A stretch of 64,000 nucleotides of DNA from an uncultured Veillonellaceae bacterium (GTDB lineage: Bacteria > Bacillota > Negativicutes > UBA1444): contig CAZXCC010000001.1 in the NCBI GenBank assembly GCA_964638945.1, forward strand, positions 47,945 to 111,944. Direction: 5' to 3'. Positions 1-8,822 of this stretch are shown piece by piece. The notes under the pieces were generated by a model. That model did no database searches. It was given only the letters and a program-made list of their open reading frames with translations, and was not told where the DNA came from. Both the position numbers and the translations under genes were made by a program. Numbering within the stretch: the first letter of the stretch is position 1; each line of letters opens with the position of its first letter.

Positions 1-13
1 AAGAATTCCAACA

Positions 14-502
14 TTGATCGCCATCACAACCTTGATTCTTGCAGTCTGCGCCACACTGGCTTCTTTCAAGGCAGCCGGGTTCGGCAACAAAATGGTGCTT
101 TCGCAAAGTCAGGCGTCTGACCAATGGGCGTACTATCAAGCAAAGAGCATCAAGGAAACCGCCTATCAGACGCAACGGGATGCAATGGAGCTGGCGCGTC
201 AGTCTTTGACGTCAAACGATGCGGCCTATCGGGAGAAAATTGCGGCTTATGATAAAGAGGTTGCCCGCTACAAGAAAGAGAAAAATGAAATCATGGATGA
301 AGCGAAGAAGCTGGAGGCTGCACGCGATAACTTCCAGATTCACAATAATCGTTTCGGGGAAGCCCTCATATTATTGCAGATAGGCATCCTGTTTTCTTCG
401 CTGTCGACGATCAGCAAGAACCATGTGTACTGGTATGCTGGAGCGGTGAGCGGCATGGCCGGTGTTGCTGCTTTTGTCCGTGCGCTTATACTGGCGCCGT
501 AG
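14..502 (+). CDS. small membrane protein, DUF4337-like; two hydrophobic helices flank a charged coiled segment
   Basis: ORF 162 aa with N- and C-terminal hydrophobic stretches; family assignment from memory of similar small membrane proteins. Confidence 0.45.
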   Translation: MIAITTLILAVCATLASFKAAGFGNKMVLSQSQASDQWAYYQAKSIKETAYQTQRDAMELARQSLTSNDAAYREKIAAYDKEVARYKKEKNEIMDEAKKLEAARDNFQIHNNRFGEALILLQIGILFSSLSTISKNHVYWYAGAVSGMAGVAAFVRALILAP

Positions 503-513
503 CTGCTTTCGGA

Positions 514-2076
514 ATGTGGGGAGAGAATTCTCGGCAAAGGATGGGTGAAATGATTAGTCTGGATGGAAATTCGCTAACGATCGACGAAGTGATCCGCGTT
601 GCCCGGAAATATGAAAAAGTTGCGATTGGTGAAGCTGGCTGCAGGCAAGTTGCAGTGAGCAGAGCCGTGGTCGAAAAACTGCTGGAGTCTGAGCAGCCGA
701 TTTATGGTATATCCACAGGATTTGGAAATCTCAGCACCATCTGGATATCACCGGCGGAAAGGGAAAAACTGCAACGGAATCTGATATTGAGCCATGCCGC
801 CGGCGTTGGGGAATGCCTGCCGGAGGATGTTGTGCGCGCGGCCATGCTAATGAGGGCCAATTCTTTGGCAAAAGGGTATTCCGGAATCCGGCCGGAAACT
901 TTGGAAATGCTGATTGCCCTGCTGAACCACAGGGTGTATCCGGCGGTGCCGTCCAAGGGCTCTGTCGGCGCAAGCGGCGATTTGTCGCCATTATCCCATG
1001 TTGCTCTCGTTTTGATGGGGGAAGGGAAAGCGTTTGTTGAAGGGAAAATCGTGCCGGGCAGGGAGGCTTTGGCCAGTGCCGGATTGCAGCCGATAGCTCT
1101 TGGAGGGAAAGAAGGACTGGCATTGATTAACGGAACGCAGATCATGACAGCCATTGGTGCGCTTGTCTGGTACGATGCTGCGAACCTGATGAAGGCCGCC
1201 GATATTGCGGCAGCCATGTCGCTGGAAGCGCTGCGGGGTACCCGGACCGCTTTTGACGAGCGTATCAGCCGGATACGTCCGCATCCGGGGCAGTTGGCAA
1301 CTTGCAGAAACATGCTGCGACTGACTGCGAATAGCAACATAATGGCATCGCACGAGCATTGCGGAAAAGTACAGGATGCCTATTCGCTGCGTTGCATTCC
1401 TCAGGTTCACGGTGCGTCAAAGGATGCGTTGCAGCGGACTTTGGACACGTTGAATATTGAAATGAATTCAGCAACGGATAATCCTTTGATTTTGCCGGAA
1501 ACAGGCGAAGTGATTTCCGGTGGCAATTTTCACGGACAGCCGGTGGCATTGGTCATGGACCATATGAAAATCGCTGTTGCAGAAATCGGCAGCATTGCCG
1601 AACGTCGCATCAACCGGATGCTTGATGCCCATCTCAGCGATTTGCCGCCATTTCTGACAGCATATCCAGGAGTTGACTCCGGACTGATGATTACGCAATA
1701 TACGGCTGCGGCCCTGGTGTCGGAAAACAAAGTGCTGGCTCATCCGGCTTGTGTGGACTCGATTCCAACCTCGGCGAATCAGGAAGACCATGTCAGTATG
1801 GGTACGATTGCTGCCAGACAGGCAAGGGAAATCCTCGAAAATGTAAGATATGTTGTGGCGATTGAAATGCTGGTTGCAGCCCAGGGGCTGGATTTTCTGC
1901 GGCCGCTTGAGCCGGGAGTCGGAGTTTGTGCGGCGTATCAGACGATCCGGCGGGAGATTCCGCATCTGGAAGAAGACCGGGTACCGGCAGAAGATATTGC
2001 GATTGTATATAAAATGTTGGTTGAAGGGGACATCGTGGAGGCTGCTGAGCGTGCGACAGGCGAGCTGAATGCCTGA
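514..2076 (+). CDS. histidine ammonia-lyase family enzyme (MIO-dependent aromatic amino acid ammonia-lyase); true start likely ATG near 541-550
   Basis: Ala-Ser-Gly MIO-forming triad in GASGDLSPLSHVAL; about 510 aa typical of HAL/PAL; no hutU/hutI nearby, so the substrate is uncertain. Confidence 0.8.
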   Translation: MWGENSRQRMGEMISLDGNSLTIDEVIRVARKYEKVAIGEAGCRQVAVSRAVVEKLLESEQPIYGISTGFGNLSTIWISPAEREKLQRNLILSHAAGVGECLPEDVVRAAMLMRANSLAKGYSGIRPETLEMLIALLNHRVYPAVPSKGSVGASGDLSPLSHVALVLMGEGKAFVEGKIVPGREALASAGLQPIALGGKEGLALINGTQIMTAIGALVWYDAANLMKAADIAAAMSLEALRGTRTAFDERISRIRPHPGQLATCRNMLRLTANSNIMASHEHCGKVQDAYSLRCIPQVHGASKDALQRTLDTLNIEMNSATDNPLILPETGEVISGGNFHGQPVALVMDHMKIAVAEIGSIAERRINRMLDAHLSDLPPFLTAYPGVDSGLMITQYTAAALVSENKVLAHPACVDSIPTSANQEDHVSMGTIAARQAREILENVRYVVAIEMLVAAQGLDFLRPLEPGVGVCAAYQTIRREIPHLEEDRVPAEDIAIVYKMLVEGDIVEAAERATGELNA

Positions 2077-2086
2077 ACTCCGGTTG

Positions 2087-2102
2087 TTGTAAATTCTTAC
2101 AA
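2087..2102. promoter_or_regulatory. inverted repeat TTGTAA-N4-TTACAA, followed by perfect 10-bp palindrome TCATGCATGA at 2106-2115, just upstream of the sigma-54 activator gene
   Basis: read directly in sequence; candidate operator(s); related TTGTAAC motifs recur elsewhere in the window. Confidence 0.3.
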
Positions 2103-2126
2103 TTTTTCATGCATGAGGTGTAACGA

Positions 2127-3725
2127 GTGGCTGATTTTCTGGAAACCCTGATCGAAGCGCTGCCTTTTATCGCACGCATTACAGGCGGATATGCGACAGT
2201 GACGGACAGGGACGGTGTCCGCATACGGACGTATGATTCCGAGGGGCAGGAAATAGTGGAGTGGCGGGGAACGGTCTTTGAGCTGGCGAGGGAAGTTGGT
2301 CAGAACGGCCAGGTCCGGATCGGGCCTTCCCAGATCATTGCCGATGCCGAGGCTTGGGCATTGCCGCTGGGTGAATATGTGATCGCCTCCAGCAATCTGG
2401 AAAGAGTGATGAGGGAGAAGGAGCTGCTTGAATCCTTGAAGTCGGCACTACCTTTTATTGCAAGGGTTGCCGGGGGGGAAGCCGTACTGTTCGACGAGGA
2501 AGGAAAACGCACTGCCAGTGTCGGATATGATGGGCAACCCAATACAAACTTTATCGGGCGAGTCAGTAAAGCTGCTCAAAAAGCCATGAAAACGGGTCGC
2601 CCGGTGATTGGGGAATCCATGTCGGCAAATGGTGCAATTGGTGTGAGGATTCCCATCACTCATAGTTTTGGTCTGGGGTTCAATAATGAGCATGGCGTGA
2701 TGCGGCAGCAGAAATTGATGGAGGAAGTAAAAAAATTTCAGTACGCACGCTATAATTTCACAGACATTGTCGGGAACAGCGAAGCGATTCAAAAAGTGAA
2801 AAGCATGGCCAGTTTTGTAGCAAATGGCATATCATCGATATTGATTCTGGGAGAAACCGGAACAGGAAAAGAGATGTTTGCCCAGTCCATCCATAATTGT
2901 AGCGAACGGCGCAGTAAACCTTTTATTGCGGTCAACTGCGGAGCTTTGCCGGCATCGATAATCGAAAGTTATCTGTTCGGTTATGTTGAGGGAGCGTTTA
3001 CGGGAGCCAAAAAGAGCGGCAGTCCGGGCGCTTTTGAGCAGGCAAACGGCGGAACCATTTTTCTCGACGAGCTTGGGGAAATGGATTTCAATTTACAGAG
3101 CAAATTGCTTAGAGTGCTGCAAGAACGGGAAGTAACGAGGATTGGCGGTTCAAAGCCGCTGCACATCGATGTACGGGTTATCGCTTCAACAAACCGTGAT
3201 TTGAGTGAAATGGTTACGGCGAACAAATTTCGCCAGGATCTATATTACAGGCTCAATGTTGTACAGCTGAAAATCCCGCCTCTGCGGGAACGGACCGAAG
3301 ATATTCCGGCTCTGGTCAAGGGAATGATTGACCGATTTAACAATATGCTTGGCAAATTTGTCGTGGGGATATCCGAAGAATGTATCGCCAAACTTTGTGA
3401 ACACAAATGGCCGGGCAATGTGCGGGAATTGCAGAATTGCGTCGAATATGCCATGAACATTATCGGCATCAATGATAGTGTTATCGAAGTGGAGCATTTG
3501 CCGCATAATATACAAAGTATCGTTCAAAACGGCAAAATTCAGACTGTCGGTACGTTGGCGGAAACGGTATTGCTGGCGGAAAAAGAGGCCATCCTAAAAG
3601 CGCTGGCATTCACCGGCCATGCGAAAAAGGAGACGGCCAGGCTCCTTGGCATCAGTACGACCACGCTATGGCGCAAAATGATTGAAACCGGCATTGAAAA
3701 TGCGCCTCCGCTTCCGGAAAAATGA
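2127..3725 (+). CDS. sigma-54-dependent transcriptional activator (NtrC-family EBP); N-terminus is two tandem copies of an uncharacterised roughly 95-aa sensory domain, then AAA+ sigma-54 interaction domain and C-terminal Fis-type HTH
   Basis: GETGTGKE Walker A, GAFTGA sigma-54 contact motif, C-terminal HTH; internal repeat ALPFIARITGG.. / ALPFIARVAGG..; GTG start with GAGGTG RBS. Confidence 0.85.
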   Translation: MADFLETLIEALPFIARITGGYATVTDRDGVRIRTYDSEGQEIVEWRGTVFELAREVGQNGQVRIGPSQIIADAEAWALPLGEYVIASSNLERVMREKELLESLKSALPFIARVAGGEAVLFDEEGKRTASVGYDGQPNTNFIGRVSKAAQKAMKTGRPVIGESMSANGAIGVRIPITHSFGLGFNNEHGVMRQQKLMEEVKKFQYARYNFTDIVGNSEAIQKVKSMASFVANGISSILILGETGTGKEMFAQSIHNCSERRSKPFIAVNCGALPASIIESYLFGYVEGAFTGAKKSGSPGAFEQANGGTIFLDELGEMDFNLQSKLLRVLQEREVTRIGGSKPLHIDVRVIASTNRDLSEMVTANKFRQDLYYRLNVVQLKIPPLRERTEDIPALVKGMIDRFNNMLGKFVVGISEECIAKLCEHKWPGNVRELQNCVEYAMNIIGINDSVIEVEHLPHNIQSIVQNGKIQTVGTLAETVLLAEKEAILKALAFTGHAKKETARLLGISTTTLWRKMIETGIENAPPLPEK

Positions 3726-3771
3726 TCGTGGGAAAACTGCCGGTACAATGAGTTGACAGGAGTGGATACGG

Positions 3772-4440
3772 GTGAAAGACAACAAGACTTCCCAATCAGC
3801 GGTGCTTTATGATGCCAATGTTCATAAAACAATTCCGCGGTACCATACTTTCCATGATGAGACGATTGAACTGATCCGAATTTTGAGACCGGCTCCGGCG
3901 GCATGGCTGGATACCGGCTGCGGTACAGGAACACTCATCGCAAAAGCAGCAGGTTGCTTTCCTGGAGTGAAATTTGTCGCAGCGGATCCGTCATCGGCGA
4001 TGCTGGAGCAGGCCAGGGAAAAGTTGGCCGGATTGGCGGTGGAATATGTGGAGGCCGGCACCGAGGCGTTTGCCGTGAAGAACAGATTTGATGTCATTAC
4101 TGCAATAATGTCGCACCACTACTTGAATTTCCCAGAGAGGGATACGGCAACGAAAAATTGCTTTGATGCACTGAACGAGGGGGGAGTGTATGTCACATTT
4201 GAAACCATACGGCCTTTTTCGGAACGCGGTACTGAAGTAGGGCTGCAAAGGTGGCGTACACATCAACTGTCAAACGGCAAAGCGCCTGAAGAAGTCGATA
4301 AGCATATCAGCCGTTATGGTATGGAATTATTGCCGATCTCGATTGATAATCATCTCGAATTGCTTCGCCGGGCAGGTTTTTCCACTGTGGAAATCTTGTG
4401 GGTATCTGGTTTACAGGCAGGGTTCTACGCTGTCAAATAG
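3772..4440 (+). CDS. class I SAM-dependent methyltransferase
   Basis: motif I LDTGCGTGTL; 222 aa. Confidence 0.7.
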   Translation: MKDNKTSQSAVLYDANVHKTIPRYHTFHDETIELIRILRPAPAAWLDTGCGTGTLIAKAAGCFPGVKFVAADPSSAMLEQAREKLAGLAVEYVEAGTEAFAVKNRFDVITAIMSHHYLNFPERDTATKNCFDALNEGGVYVTFETIRPFSERGTEVGLQRWRTHQLSNGKAPEEVDKHISRYGMELLPISIDNHLELLRRAGFSTVEILWVSGLQAGFYAVK

Positions 4441-4459
4441 CCGGAACGTGAGCGTGCTA

Positions 4460-4490
4460 TTGACAAAAAGACGGTACTCGTGATAATGTT
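4460..4490 (+). promoter_or_regulatory. possible sigma-A promoter (TTGACA, 16-17 nt, GATAAT with TG extension) followed by a GC hairpin at about 4510-4545
   Basis: pattern reading only. Confidence 0.3.
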
Positions 4491-4595
4491 CGAAATTATA
4501 ACAGTGGCAATGGAGCCGCCGCAAATGCGGTGGCTTTTGCTTTTTATTTTGCGAACCGATGGCGAAAATGTGCTGAGGGGAATTGTCTGATGCAT

Positions 4596-4611
4596 CGGCA
4601 CGATTCTTGCA
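4596..4611 (+). promoter_or_regulatory. sigma-54 (-24/-12) promoter CGGCACG-ATTC-TTGCA upstream of the soluble MCP-like gene
   Basis: GG at 4597-4598 and GC at 4609-4610 with canonical spacing; matches TGGCACG-N4-TTGCW except the first base. Confidence 0.6.
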
Positions 4612-4707
4612 ATAAATCTTGCTGAAACAAAATTTTGTAAAACGGCTACCGGAGATGGAGGCGATCTCCAATCTGGATTTTTTGAAAACAGGGGGGAAGT
4701 TGATACA

Positions 4708-5547
4708 ATGGCAACGTCGGAAGAAATTCTGGAAAGGTTGGTCCATGCACTACCGCTTATTCAGGGGGCTTTGCACGAAGATACAGGGGTTACTTTGACG
4801 AACCGGGAAAATTTTTTGTTCTACAAAGCAGGAAAAAATTTGGACCTAAAGGTTCCGCCCAATGCACAGGTAAAGCCGGGCAGCGGAGTGCACAGGGCCA
4901 TGCAGGAACGACGGCGCGTGGCGCTGCGCTTTGACAGCACGTTATATGGATTGCCTTACACATCTGTAGCGATTCCGGTTTATGATGAATCGCATGAAGT
5001 GATCGGAGCCATTGCCATTACTCAACCTGTGGAACTGCAGGAAAGCATCAAGCGGATGTCCGGCGGATTGTTGGACAATATCAGCGCTTTGGCTGCTACG
5101 AGCGAAGAGATTTCCGCCCAGACGGAAGAGATTGCGGCGTCCAGCCGTGTATTGACGGATATGGCGCATGAGTCACAAAAAAGAGCACAACAAACCGACC
5201 AAGTGTTGGGGTTGATTCGGAACATTGCCAGTCAGACAAATCTTTTGGGTTTGAATGCTGCTATTGAGGCAGCCCGTGTCGGGGAGCAAGGCCGCGGATT
5301 CGGCGTTGTTGCGGAGGAAATAAGAAAATTGGCTGGAACCAGCGCCCAGTCAATCAGCGAAGTGACTTCAATTATTGCAGCGATTCGTAAAGACAGCGAG
5401 GCCACTTACAGCCAGATGAATGAAATGCAGAGTGCAATCGGACAAATTGCCACTGCCGTTAGCCAAATTGCTGAAACAGTGCAAAAAATAACACAAAATG
5501 CATCGCAACTGGATAAGATTGCGGAAGCAATGAATGGGCAAGAATAG
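4708..5547 (+). CDS. soluble methyl-accepting chemotaxis protein-like transducer (no TM, no HAMP), N-terminal uncharacterised sensory domain shared with the sigma-54 activator; YfmS-like architecture
   Basis: MCP signalling core [34 protein letters not shown]; N-terminal about 110 aa alignable to 2127..3725 repeats and to 54187..55032. Confidence 0.8.
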   Translation: MATSEEILERLVHALPLIQGALHEDTGVTLTNRENFLFYKAGKNLDLKVPPNAQVKPGSGVHRAMQERRRVALRFDSTLYGLPYTSVAIPVYDESHEVIGAIAITQPVELQESIKRMSGGLLDNISALAATSEEISAQTEEIAASSRVLTDMAHESQKRAQQTDQVLGLIRNIASQTNLLGLNAAIEAARVGEQGRGFGVVAEEIRKLAGTSAQSISEVTSIIAAIRKDSEATYSQMNEMQSAIGQIATAVSQIAETVQKITQNASQLDKIAEAMNGQE

Positions 5548-5772
5548 TATTATTTCAAAAATGAAATGCGAAGGAATATTTTAAAGGAAATAAAGAATGC
5601 AAAAATAAGCTTTGGTTGATTCTTTTTCTGCAAAACTCGAGAATGAAGATTTGCTGCTGCAAATATGTGAGGGGCAAAAAGCAGGAATAATGCAGGTAGT
5701 GATGAAGAAGACCATTGTGATTATTGCTGTGTTTCTCTTTCCTCAGGGATAAATTCGGTGCGTTGCAATAAT

Positions 5773-5786
5773 GAAATGCGCATTTC
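5773..5786. promoter_or_regulatory. perfect 14-bp palindrome GAAATGCGCATTTC about 160 bp upstream of the sigma-54 promoter; candidate enhancer (UAS) for the sigma-54 activator; a half-site-like TGAAATGCGAAGG lies at about 5560
   Basis: read directly; position typical for EBP binding sites. Confidence 0.4.
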
Positions 5787-5933
5787 TGTTTTGAAATGAA
5801 AATGATAAGTTGACCGCTGAAAATTGATGAAAAAATAAGTGGAATTCCAACCTTGCAATACAATCATACGGCGGACGAATGGCAATGAAGCCTGGCAAGA
5901 GATCTTGCGGGCTTTTTTGTTTGGAAGGCATAT

Positions 5934-5949
5934 TGGCACGGCTCTTGCA
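5934..5949 (+). promoter_or_regulatory. sigma-54 promoter TGGCACG-GCTC-TTGCA, near-perfect consensus, immediately upstream of the RBS/start of the first nicotinate cluster gene
   Basis: GG 5935-5936, GC 5947-5948; exact match to TGGCACG-N4-TTGCW. Confidence 0.75.
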
Positions 5950-5976
5950 TTGGTCTATAAAACGGAGGTGTGCACG

Positions 5977-6450
5977 TTGAATGTTGAAATAACTTGTAGG
6001 ATTAATGGCAAAGAAATTAACATGACGGTTCGGCCTGAAATGCTGTTGGTGGATTTCCTGCGTGATGAACTTGGTTTGACAGGAACGAAGAGAGGCTGCG
6101 GGATCGGTGAATGTGGCGCTTGCACGGTCATAATGGATGGACGCACAGTGGCATCTTGTATTGTTCCTGCCGCTTCGATCGACGGTTCGGATATTTTAAC
6201 GGTGGAAGGGCTGTCTGACGGAGAAAAACTCCATGTCCTTCAGCAGGCTTTCATCGACCATGGCGCAGTACAGTGCGGTTTTTGCACACCTGGGATGCTC
6301 TTGTCGGCAAAGGCTTTATTGGACAAAAATCCAAAACCGACACGGGAAGAGATCCGAGTGGCCATCTCTGGCAATGCATGCCGCTGTACAGGCTATACCA
6401 AAATTGTTGATGCGGTAGAATCAGTGGCAAAACTGGGAGGTGACGTTTGA
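5977..6450 (+). CDS. ndhS: nicotinate dehydrogenase (xanthine dehydrogenase family) 2Fe-2S small subunit
   Basis: two 2Fe-2S motifs CGIGECGAC and CGFCTPG; TTG start 8 nt after GGAGGTG; the ATG at 5839 would include the sigma-54 promoter and is judged less likely. Confidence 0.75.
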   Translation: MNVEITCRINGKEINMTVRPEMLLVDFLRDELGLTGTKRGCGIGECGACTVIMDGRTVASCIVPAASIDGSDILTVEGLSDGEKLHVLQQAFIDHGAVQCGFCTPGMLLSAKALLDKNPKPTREEIRVAISGNACRCTGYTKIVDAVESVAKLGGDV

Positions 6451-7721
6451 TGAACAATGCCGGCATTGGCAGTTCGGTTTTGAAGTCGGATGCGCTTGCC
6501 AAGGTGACGGGGCAGGCGTTATTCGCTGCTGACATGAAACGTCCGGGCATGTTGTTTTGCAAAGTGGTTCGCAACGAAAGCAAAATCGCGCATGCCGTGA
6601 TCGAAGGGATAGATGTGGCGGAAGCAGCGGCAACTCCTGGGGTTGTGGCAGTTTTTACGGCAAAAGACATTCCTGGAACGAACGGCGTCGGCATCATCCT
6701 GAAGGATGAACCGGTGCTCGCGGGGGAAAAAGTCCGTCGCCATGGCGACGCATTGGCTCTTGTCGTGGCTGAAACAGAAGAGATAGCAATTGCAGCAGGC
6801 AAGAAGGTTCGTGCCACATTGAAAGAACTGCCGGCGTATTTTGATCCCATAGCTGCGATGGCTCCTGACGCAGTCAAGATTCACGGATCATCCAATGTGC
6901 TGACCCTGCGCAAGGTTCGCAAGGGGGATGTAGAGGCGGCTTTTGCTGCTTCAAAGGTGATCATTGAAAGACGGTACACTACGCAGACGATTGAGCATGC
7001 CTATATAGAACCGGAAGCGGGATTGGCCGAATACGACGGCAGAATGGTGACGGTTTGGGTTTCAACGCAGAACGCACATTTTGACCGCAAAGAAGTGGCT
7101 CGCAACCTGGGGCTGGGAGTACATCAGGTTCGAATCGTTCAGGCTGTCACCGGCGGCGGGTTTGGCGGCAAACTTGATATTTCGGTGCAATGTTATCTGG
7201 CCCTGGCAGCTTACAAAACCGGGCGCCCGGTGAAAATGGTCTGGCAACGGGAAGAATCCATGATTGCATCAGCCAAGCGGCATCCGTACCTGATCGATTA
7301 CAAGACAGGCGCCGATGCGGACGGCAGGTTGCTGGCCGTGAAAGCAAATATCATTGGCGACTCAGGTGCCTACGCGTCTTATGGGCCGGCTGTGCTGACA
7401 AGGGCCGCGGTTCATGCTACCGGTCCCTATGAAGTGCCCAATGTCCATGTGGACGCATATGCCGTATACACAAATAACCCCCAGGCCGGAGCCATGCGTG
7501 GCTTTGGCGTGCCGCAGATGGCTTTTGCGCATGAGACGCAGATGGATCTTCTGGCGGAAGAACTGGGCCTCTCCCCCTTCGAAGTTCGCAGGAGGAATGT
7601 ATTGCGTCCGGGGGGGACGACTGCGACGGGCCAAGTGCTGGAACATAGTGTGGGCATCGGAATGACGCTGGAACAAGCCTGTAAGGAAGCAGAAAAATTG
7701 TTCCGCACGGGGGTACTGTAA
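6450..7721 (+). CDS. ndhL: nicotinate dehydrogenase molybdopterin subunit, N-terminal half (NdhL-like)
   Basis: aldehyde oxidase/xanthine dehydrogenase a/b hammerhead region; ATGA overlap with ndhS stop. Confidence 0.75.
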   Translation: MNNAGIGSSVLKSDALAKVTGQALFAADMKRPGMLFCKVVRNESKIAHAVIEGIDVAEAAATPGVVAVFTAKDIPGTNGVGIILKDEPVLAGEKVRRHGDALALVVAETEEIAIAAGKKVRATLKELPAYFDPIAAMAPDAVKIHGSSNVLTLRKVRKGDVEAAFAASKVIIERRYTTQTIEHAYIEPEAGLAEYDGRMVTVWVSTQNAHFDRKEVARNLGLGVHQVRIVQAVTGGGFGGKLDISVQCYLALAAYKTGRPVKMVWQREESMIASAKRHPYLIDYKTGADADGRLLAVKANIIGDSGAYASYGPAVLTRAAVHATGPYEVPNVHVDAYAVYTNNPQAGAMRGFGVPQMAFAHETQMDLLAEELGLSPFEVRRRNVLRPGGTTATGQVLEHSVGIGMTLEQACKEAEKLFRTGVL

Positions 7722-8774
7722 ATGAAGAAACGTGGTACAGGAATCGGTTGCATGTGGTATGGCATCGGCAATACGGGGCTTCCCAATCCGGCAGCGGCGT
7801 TTGTCGAATGGCTGGATGACGGGACGGCCAATTTGCTCGTCGGATGCGCGGATATAGGACAGGGATCGGATACCGCACTTGCCCAGATTGTGGCGGAAGA
7901 GCTCGGCATCAGTGCTGAAAACGTCATGGTCACCTCGGCTGACACGATGGTCACCCCTGAAGGCGGCGCTACAAGCGCCAGCCGACAGACTTACATTTCC
8001 GGCAACGCAGCACGCCTGGCGGCCAAGGAAGCCAAGCAGGTGGCGATTGCGGAAGCGAAAGAGATGTTGAAAACAACCGGCAATGTTGATTTTTCCCGTG
8101 GGTTCGTCTTGGTAGACGGAAAACCGGGAGAGCTTTCTGTGAAAGAAGTATTGGGCAGCTGTCGCATGAAGGGAAAACTCACGCTGGGACACGGGTGGTT
8201 CAATCCGGCGACAACAGGACTGGATACTGCCACGGGTGTAGGTTCGCCTTACGGAACATACGCTTTTGCCACGCAGGTGGCTGAAGTGGAAGTGGATACG
8301 GAAACCGGAAAAGTCGAAGTTCTTCGCCTCGTAGCTTCCCATGACGTTGGAAAGGCCATCAATCCCCAACTGGTCCAGGCGCAGATCGAGGGTGGCAGTG
8401 TCATGGGGGTCGGCTATGCCTTACTTGAGGAGATTAACGTTTCTGGCGGCCGCATTACAAATCCCAACTTTGATGCGTATCTTTTGCCCACTGCACTGGA
8501 TACGCCTGAGATTTATTCGTTTATCGTCGAAGATCACGAACCCACCGGCCCTTTCGGGGCGAAAGGCGTCGGGGAACCTGCTCTGATTCCAACTGCGGCG
8601 GCGATTGCCAATGCCGTGTACGACGCAATCGGTGTCAGAATCTATTCCCTGCCGATTTCTCCGGAACGGGTGCTCCAGGCGCTGGCAGAGAAAAAGAATG
8701 AGCAAAAGCCTGGCAACTGCAGTGGACCGGTATATGCGATTTGTTCAATCGGTGTGGAAGAAAGCAAGCCCTAA
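7722..8774 (+). CDS. ndhM: nicotinate dehydrogenase molybdopterin subunit, C-terminal half (NdhM-like)
   Basis: xanthine dehydrogenase family Mo-binding C-terminal region; clean TAA-ATG junction with GGGGGT RBS, mirroring the split 50+37 kDa L/M subunits of the E. barkeri enzyme. Confidence 0.75.
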   Translation: MKKRGTGIGCMWYGIGNTGLPNPAAAFVEWLDDGTANLLVGCADIGQGSDTALAQIVAEELGISAENVMVTSADTMVTPEGGATSASRQTYISGNAARLAAKEAKQVAIAEAKEMLKTTGNVDFSRGFVLVDGKPGELSVKEVLGSCRMKGKLTLGHGWFNPATTGLDTATGVGSPYGTYAFATQVAEVEVDTETGKVEVLRLVASHDVGKAINPQLVQAQIEGGSVMGVGYALLEEINVSGGRITNPNFDAYLLPTALDTPEIYSFIVEDHEPTGPFGAKGVGEPALIPTAAAIANAVYDAIGVRIYSLPISPERVLQALAEKKNEQKPGNCSGPVYAICSIGVEESKP

Positions 8775-8822
8775 TATCCGGGAGGCAGATTCCCGGCAAT
8801 CATGATAAGGAGAGTGACACAA

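Noticed and set aside
702-1410. Several minus-strand ORFs (702..1340, 731..1123, 991..1410) inside the ammonia-lyase gene
   Set aside because: They are antisense to a well-supported conserved CDS, have unusual Arg/Pro/Ser-rich composition and no RBS; judged spurious.
5839-5976. Upstream ATG (5839) that would extend ndhS by 46 aa
   Set aside because: The extension would contain the sigma-54 promoter and has no homology to the 2Fe-2S subunit N-terminus; TTG at 5977 has the better GGAGGTG RBS. Kept as an alternative only.
7362-8369. 335-aa minus-strand ORF across ndhL/ndhM
   Set aside because: Antisense to the conserved Mo-subunit genes, Cys/Arg/His-rich low-complexity translation typical of GC-rich antisense frames.
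6447-8774. Possibility that ndhL/ndhM are a frameshifted pseudogene of a single large subunit
   Set aside because: The junction is an in-phase TAA immediately followed by ATG with its own RBS, and the two-polypeptide split matches the characterised E. barkeri enzyme; not called a pseudogene.
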